From Balanoglossus misakiensis (Eukaryota; Animalia; Hemichordata): a stretch of DNA of 64,000 bases. This document shows, piece after piece, positions 51,170 through 64,000 of this stretch (position 1 is the first letter of the stretch; each line of letters starts with the position of its first letter). The position numbers were made by a program, and so were the translations under genes. The stretch lies in contig CM082591.2 in assembly GCA_040954595.2 (NCBI GenBank), forward strand, positions 2,840,159-2,904,158, in the 5' to 3' direction. The notes beneath the pieces were generated by a model, which searched no databases, was not told the DNA's origin, and saw nothing but the letters and a program-made list of their open reading frames with translations.

Positions 51170-54100
51170 TCTGAAAATTCGCAAGAAACTCGTTTTCTGG
51201 ATGATTTTCACGAGCTATAACCCATAATTTTTTTTAAACAATTCGAAATCTCGCAAAGTCAAAGAATCGTCATTTTTGGATGATTTTCATGGGCTATAAC
51301 CCATGGTTTTTTCAAAAAAAATGAAGAAATTTCGATATTTCGCAAAGTCGAAAAATCGTCATTTTTGGATGATTTTCATGAGCTATAACCCATGGTTTTT
51401 GTCGAAAAACCACCAAATTTTGAAATTTTGAGAAGTCGAAAAATTGACATTTCTGGGTGATTTTCATGAGCTATAACCCATGGTTTTTGTCGAAAAACCA
51501 CCAAATTTTGAAATTTCGCGAAGTCGAAAAATTGACATTTCTGGGTGATTTTCATGAGCTATAACCCATGGTTTTTGTCGAAAAACCACCAAATTTTGAA
51601 ATTTCGCGAAGTCGAAAAATTGACATTTCTGGGTGATTTTCATGAGCTATAACCCATGGTTTTTGTCGAAAAACCACCAAATTTTGAAATTTCGCGAAGT
51701 CGAAAAATTGACATTTCTGGGTGATTTTCATGAGCTATAACCCATGGATTTTGTCGAAAAACCACCAAATTTTGAAATTTCGCGAAGTCGAAAAATTGAC
51801 ATTTCTGGATGATTTTCATGAGCTATAACCCATGGTTTTTGTCGAAAAACCACCAAATTTTGAAATTTCGCGAAGTCGAAAAATTGACATTTCTGGGTGA
51901 TTTTCATGAGCTATAACCCATGGTTTTTGTCGAAAAACCACCAAATTTTGAAATTTCGCGAAGTCGAAAAATTGACATTTCTGGATGATTTTCATGAGCT
52001 ATAACCCATGGTTTTTGTCGAAAAACCACCAAATTTTGAAATTTCGCTTAGTCGAAAAATTGACATTTCTGGATGATTTTCATGAGCTATAACCCATGGT
52101 TTTTGTCGAAAAACCACCAAATTTTGAAATTTCGCGAAGTCGAAAAATTGACATTTCTGGATGATTTTCATGAGCTATAACCCATGGTTTTTGTCGAAAA
52201 ACCACCAAATTTTGAAATTTCGCGAAGTCGAAAAATTGACATTTCTGGATGATTTTCATGAGCTATAACCCATGGTTTTTGTCGAAAAACCACCAAATTT
52301 TGAAATTTCGCGAAGTCGAAAAATTGACATTTCTGGATGATTTTCATGAGCTATAACCCATGGTTTTTGTCGAAAAACCACCAAATTTTGAAATTTCGCG
52401 AAGTCGAAAAATTGACATTTCTGGATGATTTTCATGAGCTATAACCCATGGTTTTTGTCGAAAAACCACCAAATTTTGAAATTTCGCGAAGTCGAAAAAT
52501 TGACATTTCTGGATGATTTTCATGAGCTATAACCCATGGTTTTTGTCGAAAAACCACCAAATTTTGAAAATTCGCGAAGTCGAAAAATTGACATTTCTGG
52601 ATGATTTTCATGAGCTATAACCCATGGTTTTTGTCGAAAAACCACCAAATTTTGAAATTTCGCGAAGTCGAAAAATTGACATTTCTGGATGATTTTCATG
52701 AGCTATAACCCATGGTTTTTGTCGATGATTTTCATGAGCTATAACCCATGGTTTTTGTCGAAAAACCACCAAATTTTGAAATTTCGCTTAGTCGAAAAAT
52801 TGACATTTCAGGATGATTTTCATGAGCTATAACCCATGGTTTTTGTCGATGATTTTCATGAGCTATAACCCATGGTTTTTGTCGAAAAACCACCAAATTT
52901 TGAAATTTCGCTTAGTCGAAAAATTGACATTTCTGGATGATTTTCATGAGCTATAACCCATGGTTTTTGTCGAAAAACCACCAAATTTTGAAATTTCGCT
53001 AAGTCGAAAAATTGACATTTCTGGATGATTTTCATGAGCTATAACCCATGGTTTTTGTCGAAAAACCACCAAATTTTGAAATTTCGCTAAGTCGAAAAAT
53101 TGACATTTCTGGATGATTTTCATGAGCTATAACCCATGGTTTTTGTCGAAAAACCACCAAATTTTGAAATTTCGCGAAGTCGAAAAATTGACATTTCTGG
53201 ATGATTTTCATGAGCTATAACCCATGGTTTTTGTCGAAAAACCACCAAATTTTGAAATTTCGCGAAGTCGAAAAATTGACATTTCTGGATGATTTTCATG
53301 AGCTATAACCCATGGTTTTTGTCGAAAAACCACCAAATTTTGAAAATTCGCGAAGTCGAAAAATTGACATTTCTGGGTGATTTTCATGAGCTATAACCCA
53401 TGGTTTTTGTCGAAAAACCACCAAATTTTGAAATTTCGCGAAGTCGAAAAATTGACATTTCTGGATGATTTTCATGAGCTATAACCCATGGTTTTTGTCG
53501 AAAAACCACCAAATTTTGAAATTTCGCTTAGTCGAAAAATTGACATTTCTGGATGATTTTCATGAGCTATAACCCATGGTTTTTGTCGAAAAACCACCAA
53601 ATTTTGAAATTTCGCGAAGTCGAAAAATTGACATTTCTGGATGATTTTCATGAGCTATAACCCATGGTTTTTGTCGAAAAACCACCAAATTTTGAAATTT
53701 CGCGAAGTCGAAAAATTGACATTTCTGGATGATTTTCATGAGCTATAACCCATGGTTTTTGTCGAAAAACCACCAAATTTTGAAATTTCGCGAAGTCGAA
53801 AAATTGACATTTCTGGATGATTTTCATGAGCTATAACCCATGGTTTTTGTCGAAAAACCACCAAATTTTGAAATTTCGCGAAGTCGAAAAATTGACATTT
53901 CTGGATGATTTTCATGAGCTATAACCCATGGTTTTTGTCGAAAAACCACCAAATTTTGAAATTTCGCGAAGTCGAAAAATTGACATTTCTGGATGATTTT
54001 CATGAGCTATAACCCATGGTTTTTGTCGAAAAACCACCAAATTTTGAAAATTCGCGAAGTCGAAAAATTGACATTTCTGGATGATTTTCATGAGCTATAA

Positions 54101-57100
54101 CCCATGGTTTTTGTCGAAAAACCACCAAATTTTGAAATTTCGCGAAGTCGAAAAATTGACATTTCTGGATGATTTTCATGAGCTATAACCCATGGTTTTT
54201 GTCGATGATTTTCATGAGCTATAACCCATGGTTTTTGTCGAAAAACCACCAAATTTTGAAATTTCGCTTAGTCGAAAAATTGACATTTCTGGATGATTTT
54301 CATGAGCTATAACCCATGGTTTTTGTCGATGATTTTCATGAGCTATAACCCATGGTTTTTGTCGAAAAACCACCAAATTTTGAAATTTCGCTTAGTCGAA
54401 AAATTGACATTTCTGGATGATTTTCATGAGCTATAACCCATGGTTTTTGTCGAAAAACCACCAAATTTTGAAATTTCGCTAAGTCGAAAAATTGACATTT
54501 CTGGATGATTTTCATGAGCTATAACCCATGGTTTTTGTCGAAAAACCACCAAATTTTGAAATTTCGCTAAGTCGAAAAATTGACATTTCTGGATGATTTT
54601 CATGAGCTATAACCCATGGTTTTTGTCGAAAAACCACCAAATTTTTGAAATTTCGCGAAGTCGAAAAATTGACATTTCTGGATGATTTTCATGAGCTATA
54701 ACCCATGGTTTTTGTCGAAAAACCCCAAATTTTGAAATTTCGCGAAGTCGAAAAATTGACATTTCTGGATGATTTTCATGAGCTATAACCCATGGTTTTT
54801 GTCGAAAAACCACCAAATTTTGAAATTTCGCGAAGTCGAAAAATTGACATTTCTGGATGATTTTCATGAGCTATAACCCATGGTTTTTGTCGAAAAACCA
54901 CCAAATTTTGAAATTTCGCGAAGTCGAAAAATTGACATTTCTGGATGATTTTCATGAGCTATAACCCATGGTTTTTGTCGAAAAACCACCAAATTTTGAA
55001 ATTTCGCGAAGTCGAAAAATTGACATTTCTGGATGATTTTCATGAGCTATAACCCATGGTTTTTGTCGAAAAACCACCAAATTTTGAAATTTCGCGAAGT
55101 CGAAAAATTGACATTTCTGGATGATTTTCATGAGCTAACCCATGGTTTTTGTCGAAAAACCACCAAATTTTGAAATTTCGCGAAGTCGAAAAATTGACAT
55201 TTCTGGATGATTTTCATGAGCTATAACCCATGGTTTTTGTCGAAAAACCACCAAATTTTGAAATTTCGCGAAGTCGAAAAATTGACATTTCTGGATGATT
55301 TTCATGAGCTATAACCCATGGTTTTTGTCGAAAAACCACCAAATTTTGAAATTTCGCGAAGTCGAAAAATTGACATTTCTGGATGATTTTCATGAGCTAT
55401 AACCCATGGTTTTTGTCGGAAAACCACCAAATTTTGAAATTTCGCGAAGTCGAAAAATTGACATTTCTGGATGATTTTCATGAGCTATAACCCATGGTTT
55501 TTGTCGAAAAACCACCAAATTTTGAAATTTCGCGAAGTCGAAAAATTGACATTTCTGGATGATTTTCATGAGCTATAACCATGGTTTTTGTCGAAAAACC
55601 ACCAAATTTGAAAATTCGCGAAGTCGAAAAATTGACATTTCTGGATGATTTTCATGAGCTATAACCCATGGTTTTTGTCGAAAAACCACCAAATTTTGAA
55701 ATTTCGCGAAGTGGAAAAATTGACATTTCTGGATGATTTTCATGAGCTATAACCCATGGTTTTTGTCGAAAAACCACCAAATTTTGAAATTTTCGCGAAG
55801 TGGAAAAATTGACATTTCTGGATGATTTTCATGAGCTATAACCATGGTTTTTGTCGAAAAACCACCAAATTTTGAAATTTCGCGAAGTCGAAAAATTGAC
55901 ATTTCTGGATGATTTTCATGAGCTATAACCCATGGTTTTTGTCGAAAAAACCACCAAATTTTGAAATTTCGCGAAGTCGAAAAAATTGACATTTCTGGAT
56001 GATTTTCATGAGCTATAACCCATGGTTTTTGTCGAAAAACCACCAAATTTTGAAATTTCGCGAAGTCGAAAAATTGACATTTCTGGATGATTTTCATGAG
56101 CTATAACCCATGGTTTTTGTCGGAAAACCACCAAATTTTGAAATTTCGCGAAGTCGAAAAATTGACATTTCTGGATGATTTTCATGAGCTATAACCCATG
56201 GTTTTTGTCGAAAAACCACCAAATTTTGAAATTTCGCGAAGTCGAAAAATTGACATTTCTGGATGATTTTCATGAGCTATAACCCATGGTTTTTGTCGAA
56301 AAACCACCAAATTTTGAAATTTCGCGAAGTCGAAAAATTGACATTTCTGGATGATTTTCATGAGCTATAACCCATGGTTTTTGTCGAAAAACCACCAAAT
56401 TTTGAAAATTCGCGAAGTCGAAAATTGACATTCTGGATGATTTTCATGAGCTATAACCCATGGTTTTTGTCGAAAAACCACCAAATTTTGAAATTTCGCG
56501 AAGTCGAAAAATTGACATTTCTGGATGATTTTCATGAGCTATAACCCATGGTTTTTGTCGAAAAACCACCAAATCTTTGAAATTTCGCGAAGTCGAAAAA
56601 TTGACATTTCTGGATGATTTTCATGAGCTATAACCCATGGTTTTTGTCGAAAAACCACCAAATTTTGAAAATTCGCGAAGTCGAAAAATTGACATTTCTG
56701 GATGATTTTCATGAGCTATAACCCATGGTTTTTGTCGAAAAACCACCAAATTTTGAAATTTCGCGAAGTCGAAAATTGACATTTCTGGATGATTTTCATG
56801 AGCTATAACCCATGGTTTTTGTCGAAAAACCACCAAATTTTGAAATTTCGCGAAGTCGAAAAAGTGACATTTCTGGATGATTTTCATGAGCTATAACCCA
56901 TGGTTTTTGTCGAAAAACCACCAAATTTTGAAATTTCGCGAAGTCGAAAAATTGACATTTCTGGATGATTTTCATGAGCTATAACCCATGGTTTTTGTCG
57001 AAAAACCACCAAATTTTGACAATTCGCGAAGTCGAAAAATTGACATTTCTGGATGATTTTCATGAGCTATAACCCATGGTTTTTGTCGAAAAACCACCAA

Positions 57101-60100
57101 ATTTTGAAATTTCGCGAAGTCGAAAAATTGACATTTCTGGATGATTTTCATGAGCTATACCCATGGTTTTTGTCGAAAAACCACCAAATTTTGAAATTTC
57201 GCGAAGTCGAAAAATTGACATTTCTGGATGATTTTCATGAGCTATAACCCATGGTTTTTGTCGAAAAACCACCAAATTTTGAAATTTCGCGAAGTCGAAA
57301 ATTGACATTTCTGGATGATTTTCAGAGCTATAACCCATGGTTTTTGTCGAAAAACCACCAAATTTTGAAATTTCGCGAAGTCGAAAAATTGACATTTCTG
57401 GATGATTTTCATGAGCTATAACCCATGGTTTTTGTCGAAAAACCACCAAATTTTGAAATTTCGCGAAGTCGAAAATTGACATTTCTGGATGATTTTCATG
57501 AGCTATAACCCATGGTTTTTGTCGAAAAAACCACCAAATTTTGAAAATTCGCGAAGTCGAAAAATTGACATTTCTGGATGATTTTCATGAGCTATAACCC
57601 ATGGTTTTTGTCGAAAAACCACCAAATTTTGAAATTTCGCGAAGTCGAAAAATTGACATTTCTGGATGATTTTCATGAGCTATAACCCATGGTTTTTGTC
57701 GAAAAACCACCAAATTTTGAAATTTCGCGAAGTCGAAAAATTGACATTTCTGGATGATTTTCATGAGCTATAACCCATGGTTTTTGTCGAAAAACCACCA
57801 AATTTTGAAATTTCGCGAAGTCGAAAAATTGACATTTCTGGATGATTTTCATGAGCTATAACCCATGGTTTTTGTCGAAAAACCACCAAATTTTGAAAAT
57901 TCGCGAAGTCGAAAAATTGACATTTCTGGATGATTTTCATGAGCTATAACCCATGGTTTTTGTCGAAAAACCACCAAAATTTTGAAATTTCGCGAAGTGG
58001 AAAAATTGACATTTCTGGATGATTTTCATGAGCTATAACCCATGGTTTTTGTCGAAAAACCACCAAATTTTGAAATTTCGCGAAGTCGAAAAATTGACAT
58101 TTCTGGATGATTTTCATGAGCTATAACCCATGGTTTTTGTCGAAAAACCACCAAATTTTGAAATTTCGCGAAGTCGAAAAATTGACATTTCTGGATGATT
58201 TTCATGAGCTATAACCCATGGTTTTTGTCGAAAAACCACCAAATTTTGAAATTTCGCGAAGTCGAAAAATTGACATTTCTGGATGATTTTCATGAGCTAT
58301 AACCCATGGTTTTTGTCGAAAAACCACCAAATTTTGAAATTTCGCGAAGTCGAAAAATTGACATTTCTGGATGATTTTCATGAGCTATAACCCATGGTTT
58401 TTGTCGAAAAACCACCAAATTTTGAAATTTCGCGAAGTCGAAAAATTGACATTTCTGGATGATTTTCATGAGCTATAACCCATGGTTTTTGTCGAAAAAC
58501 CACCAAATTTTGAAATTTCGCGAAGTCGAAAAATTGACATTTCTGGATGATTTTCATGAGCTATAACCCATGGTTTTTGTCGAAAAACCACCAAATTTTG
58601 AAATTTCGCGAAGTCGAAAAATTGACATTTCTGGATGATTTTCATGAGCTATAACCCATGGTTTTTGTCGAAATACCACCAAATTTTGAAATTTCGCGAA
58701 GTCGAAAAATTGACATTTCTGGATGATTTTCATGAGCTATAACCCATGGTTTTTGTCGAAAAACCACCAAATTTTGAAATTTCGCGAAGTCGAAAAATTG
58801 ACATTTCTGGATGATTTTCATGAGCTATAACCCATGGTTTTTGTCGAAAAACCACCAAATTTTGAAATTTCGCGAAGTCGAAAAATTGACATTTCTGGAT
58901 GATTTTCATGAGCTATAACCCATGGTTTTTGTCGAAAAACCACCAAATTTTGAAATTTCGCGAAGTCGAAAAATTGACATTTCTGGATGATTTTCATGAG
59001 CTATAACCCATGGTTTTTGTCGAAAAACCACCAAATTTTGAAATTTCGCGAAGTCGAAAAATTGACATTTCTGGATGATTTTCATGAGCTATAACCCATG
59101 GTTTTTGTCGAAAAACCACCAAATTTTGAAATTTCGCGAAGTCGAAAAATTGACATTTCTGGATGATTTTCATGAGCTATAACCCATGGTTTTTGTCGAA
59201 AAACCACCAAATTTTGAAATTTCGCGAAGTGGAAAAATTGACATTTCTGGATGATTTTCATGAGCTATAACCCATGGTTTTTGTCGAAAAACCACCAAAT
59301 TTTGAAATTTCGCGAAGTGGAAAAATTGACATTTCTGGATGATTTTCATGAGCTATAACCCATGGTTTTTGTCGAAAAACCACCAAATTTTGAAATTTCG
59401 CGAAGTCGAAAAATTGACATTTCTGGATGATTTTCATGAGCTATAACCCATGGTTTTTGTCGAAAAACCACCAAATTTTGAAATTTCGCGAAGTCGAAAA
59501 ATTGACATTTCTGGATGATTTTCATGAGCTATAACCCATGGTTTTTGTCGAAAAACCACCAAATTTTGAAATTTCGCGAAGTCGAAAAATTGACATTTCT
59601 GGATGATTTTCATGAGCTATAACCCATGGTTTTTGTCGAAAAACCACCAAATTTTGAAATTTCGCGAAGTCGAAAAATTGACATTTCTGGATGATTTTCA
59701 TGAGCTATAACCCATGGTTTTAGTCGAAAAACCACCAAATTTTGAAATTTCGCGAAGTCGAAAAATTGACATTTCTGGATGATTTTCATGAGCTATAACC
59801 CATGGTTTTTGTCGAAAAACCACCAAATTTTGAAATTTCGCGAAGTCGAAAAATTGACATTTCTGGATGATTTTCATGAGCTATAACCCATGGTTTTTGT
59901 CGAAAAACCACCAAATTTTGAAATTTCGCGAAGTCGAAAAATTGACATTTCTGGATGATTTTCATGAGCTATAACCCATGGTTTTTGTCGAAAAACCACC
60001 AAATTTTGAAAATTCGCGAAGTCGAAAAATTGACATTTCTGGATGATTTTCATGAGCTATAACCCATGGTTTTTGTCGAAAAACCACCAAATTTTGAAAT

Positions 60101-63100
60101 TTCGCGAAGTCGAAAAATTGACATTTCTGGATGATTTTCATGAGCTATAACCCATGGTTTTTGTCGAAAAACCACCAAATTTTGAAATTTCGCGAAGTCG
60201 AAAAATTGACATTTCTGGATGATTTTCATGAGCTATAACCCATGGTTTTTGTCGAAAAACCACCAAATTTTGAAATTTCGCGAAGTCGAAAAATTGACAT
60301 TTCTGGATGATTTTCATGAGCTATAACCCATGGTTTTTGTCGAAAAACCACCAAATTTTGAAATTTCGCGAAGTCGAAAAATTGACATTTCTGGATGATT
60401 TTCATGAGCTATAACCCATGGTTTTTGTCGAAAAACCACCAAATTTTGAAATTTCGCGAAGTCGAAAAATTGACATTTCTGGATGATTTTCATGAGCTAT
60501 AACCCATGGTTTTGTCGAAAAACCACCAAATTTTGAATTTCGCGAAGTCGAAAAATTGACATTTCTGGATGATTTTCATGAGCTATAACCCATGGTTTTT
60601 GTCGAAAAACCACCAAATTTTGAAAATTCCGCGAAGTCGAAAAATTGACATTTCTGGATGATTTTCATGAGCTATAACCCATGGTTTTTGTCGAAAAACC
60701 ACCAAATTTTGAAATTTCGCGAAGTCGAAAAATTGACATTTCTGGATGATTTTCATGAGCTATAACCCATGGTTTTTGTCGAAAAACCACCAAATTTTGA
60801 AATTTCGCGAAGTCGAAAAATTGACATTTCTGGATGATTTTCATGAGCTATAACCATGGTTTTTGTCGAAAAACCACCAAATTTTGAAATTTCGCGAAGT
60901 CGAAAAATTGACATTTCTGGATGATTTTCATGAGCTATAACCCATGGTTTTTGTCGAAAAACCACCAAATTTTGAAAATTCGCGAAGTCGAAAAATTGAC
61001 ATTTCTGGATGATTTTCATGAGCTATAACCCATGGTTTTTGTCGAAAAACCACCAAATTTTGAAATTTCGCGAAGTGGAAAAATTGACATTTCTGGATGA
61101 TTTTCATGAGCTATAACCCATGGTTTTTGTCGAAAAACCACCAAATTTTGAAATTTCGCGAAGTCGAAAAATTGACATTTCTGGATGATTTTCATAAGCT
61201 ATAACCCATGGTTTTTGTCGAAAAACCACCAAATTTTGAAATTTCGCGAAGTCGAAAAATTGACATTTCTGGATGATTTTCATGAGCTATAACCCATGGT
61301 TTTGTCGAAAAACCACCAAATTTTGAAATTTCGCGAAGTCGAAAAATTGACATTTCTGGATGATTTTCATGAGCTATAACCCATGGTTTTTGTCGAAAAA
61401 CCACCAAATTTTGAAATTTCGCGAAGTCGAAAAATTGACATTTCTGGATGATTTTCATGAGCTATAACCCATGGTTTTTGTCGAAAAACCACCAAATTTT
61501 GAAATTTCGCGAAGTCGAAAAATTGACATTTCTGGATGATTTTCATGAGCTATAACCCATGGTTTTTGTCGAAAAACCACCAAATTTTGAAATTTCGCGA
61601 AGTCGAAAATTGACATTTCTGGATGATTTTCATGAGCTATAACCCATGGTTTTTGTCGAAAAACCACCAAATTTTGAAATTTCGCGAAGTCGAAAAATTG
61701 ACATTTCTGGATGATTTTCATGAGCTATAACCCATGGTTTTTGTCGAAAAACCACCAAATTTTGAAATTTCGCGAAGTCGAAAAATTGACATTTCTGGAT
61801 GATTTTCATGAGCTATAACCCATGGTTTTTGTCGAAATACCACCAAATTTTGAAATTTCGCGAAGTCGAAAAATTGACATTTCTGGATGATTTTCATGAG
61901 CTATAACCCATGGTTTTTGTCGAAAAACCACCAAATTTGAAATTTCGCGAAGTCGAAAAATTGACATTTCTGGATGATTTTCATGAGCTATAACCCATGG
62001 TTTTTGTCGAAAAACCACCAAATTTTGAAATTTCGCGAAGTCGAAAAATTGACATTTCTGGATGATTTTCATGAGCTATAACCCATGGTTTTTGTCGAAA
62101 AACCACCAAATTTTGAAATTTCGCGAAGTCGAAAAATTGACATTTCTGGATGATTTTCATGAGCTATAACCCATGGTTTTTGTCGAAAAACCACCAAATT
62201 TTGAAATTTCGCGAAGTCGAAAAATTGACATTTCTGGATGATTTTCATGAGCTATAACCCATGGTTTTTGTCGAAAAACCACCAAATTTTGAAATTTCGC
62301 GAAGTCGAAAAATGACATTTCTGGATGATTTTCATGAGCTATAACCCATGGTTTTTGTCGAAAAACCACCAAATTTTGAAATTTCGCGAAGTCGAAAAAT
62401 TGACATTTCTGGATGATTTTCATGAGCTATAACCCATGGTTTTTGTCGAAAAATCACCAAATTTTGAAATTTCGCGAAGTGGAAAAATTGACATTTCTGG
62501 ATGATTTTCATGAGCTATAACCCATGGTTTTTGTCGAAAAACCACCAAATTTTGAAATTTCGCGAAGTCGAAAAATTGACATTTCTGGATGATTTTCATG
62601 AGCTATAACCCATGGTTTTTGTCGAAAAACCACCAAATTTTGAAATTTCGCGAAGTCGAAAAATTGACATTTCTGGATGATTTTCATGAGCTATAACCCA
62701 TGGTTTTTGTCGAAAAACCACCAAATTTTGAAATTTCGCGAAGTCGAAAAATTGACATTTCTGGATGATTTTCATGAGCTATAACCCATGGTTTTTGTCG
62801 AAAAACCACCAAATTTTGAAATTTCGCGAAGTCGAAAAATTGACATTTCTGGATGATTTTCATGAGCTATAACCCATGGTTTTAGTCGAAAAACCACCAA
62901 ATTTTGAAATTTCGCGAAGTCGAAAAATTGACATTTCTGGATGATTTTCATGAGCTATAACCCATGGTTTTTGTCGAAAACCACCAAATTTTTGAAATTT
63001 CGCGAAGTCGAAAAATTGACATTTCTGGATGATTTTCATGAGCTATAACCCATGGTTTTTGTCGAAAACCACCAATTTTGAAATTTCGCGAAGTCGAAAA

Positions 63101-64000
63101 ATTGACATTTCTGGATGATTTTCATGAGCTATAACCCATGGTTTTTGTCGAAAAACCACCAAATTTGAAAATTCGCGAAGTCGAAAAATTGACATTTTCT
63201 GGATGATTTTCATGAGCTATAACCCATGGTTTTTGTCGAAAAACCACCAAATTTTGAAATTTCGCGAAGTGGAAAAATTGACATATCTGGATGATTTTCA
63301 TGAGCTATAACCCATGGTTTTTGTCGAAAAACCACCAAATTTTGAAATTTCGCGAAGTCGAAAAATTGACATTCTGGATGATTTTCATGAGCTATAACCC
63401 ATGGTTTTTGTCGAAAACCACCAATTTTGAAATTTCGCGAAGTCGAAAAATTGACATTTCTGGATGATTTTCATGAGCTATACCCATGGTTTTTGTCGAA
63501 AAACCACCAATTTTGAAATTTCGCGAAGTCGAAAAATTGACATTTCTGGATGATTTTCATGAGCTATAACCCATGGTTTTTGTCGAAAAACCACCAAATT
63601 TTGAAATTTCGCGAAGTGGAAAAATTGACATTTCTGGATGATTTTCATGTGCTATAACCCATGGTTTTGTCGAAAAACCACCAAATTTTGAAAATTCGCG
63701 AAGTCGAAAAATTGACATTTCTGGGTGATTTTCATGAGCTATAACCCATGGTTTTTGTCGAAAAACCACCAAATTTTGAAATTTCGCGAAGTGGAAAAAT
63801 TGACATTTCTGGATGATTTTCATGAGCTATAACCCATGGTTTTTGTCGAAAAACCACCAAATTTTGAAATTTCGCGAAGTCGAAAAATTGACATTTTGGA
63901 TGATTTTCATGAGCTATAACCCATGGTTTTTGTCGAAATACCACCAAATTTTGAAATTTCGCGAAGTCGAAAAAATTGACATTTCTGGATGATTTTCATG
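51170..64000. repeat. 88-bp tandem satellite DNA array (about 145 copies in the window, continues past the right edge)
   Basis: Monomer GATGATTTTCATGAGCTATAACCCATGGTTTTTGTCGAAAAACCACCAAATTTTGAAATTTCGCGAAGTCGAAAAATTGACATTTCTG, period 88 (e.g. gattttcatg at 51371 and 51459). Copies are near-identical head-to-tail with no spacers; diverged copies lie at 51170-51370. Confidence 0.99.

Noticed and set aside
51170-64000. CRISPR array or repeat-protein ORFs (MKIIQKCQFF...)
   Set aside because: Monomers are contiguous with no unique spacers and there are no cas genes. The ORFs arise from chance homopolymer indels in a satellite whose period (88) is not a multiple of 3.
54620-64000. Scattered 1-bp indel variants as biological satellite subfamilies
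   Set aside because: Nearly all fall in homopolymer runs and are not periodic, which fits long-read consensus error.

Overview
This is AT-rich, intron-containing animal genomic DNA. I infer an invertebrate, probably a deuterostome; the sequence alone does not prove the taxon. The ORF track is mostly noise, and the real genes only appear after manual splicing. From left to right: (1) two minus-strand exons of an unidentified gene that runs off the left edge. (2) A minus-strand cluster of three small spliced neuropeptide-precursor genes at 10.6-30.9 kb, each with a predicted TATA promoter and non-coding first exon. One is a 114-aa galanin/spexin-like precursor with two predicted amidated peptides, a GMAP-like C-terminus and galanin-like intron phases. 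The other two are tandem paralogs encoding pyroGlu, disulfide-cyclised peptides (QTC[K]GSW..AQ.K..C.GGGIGI) that resemble the excitatory peptide (GGNG)/CCHamide/endothelin family. (3) A plus-strand, 12-exon CNBD2-like cyclic-nucleotide-binding protein gene (41888-50503) with an internal RFX X-box promoter. (4) A homogeneous 88-bp satellite array from about 51.2 kb to the window end, containing a 1480-bp higher-order duplication. Microsatellites and a few MITE/foldback elements are also present. Homology calls rest on recalled motifs and exon structures, not on database searches.
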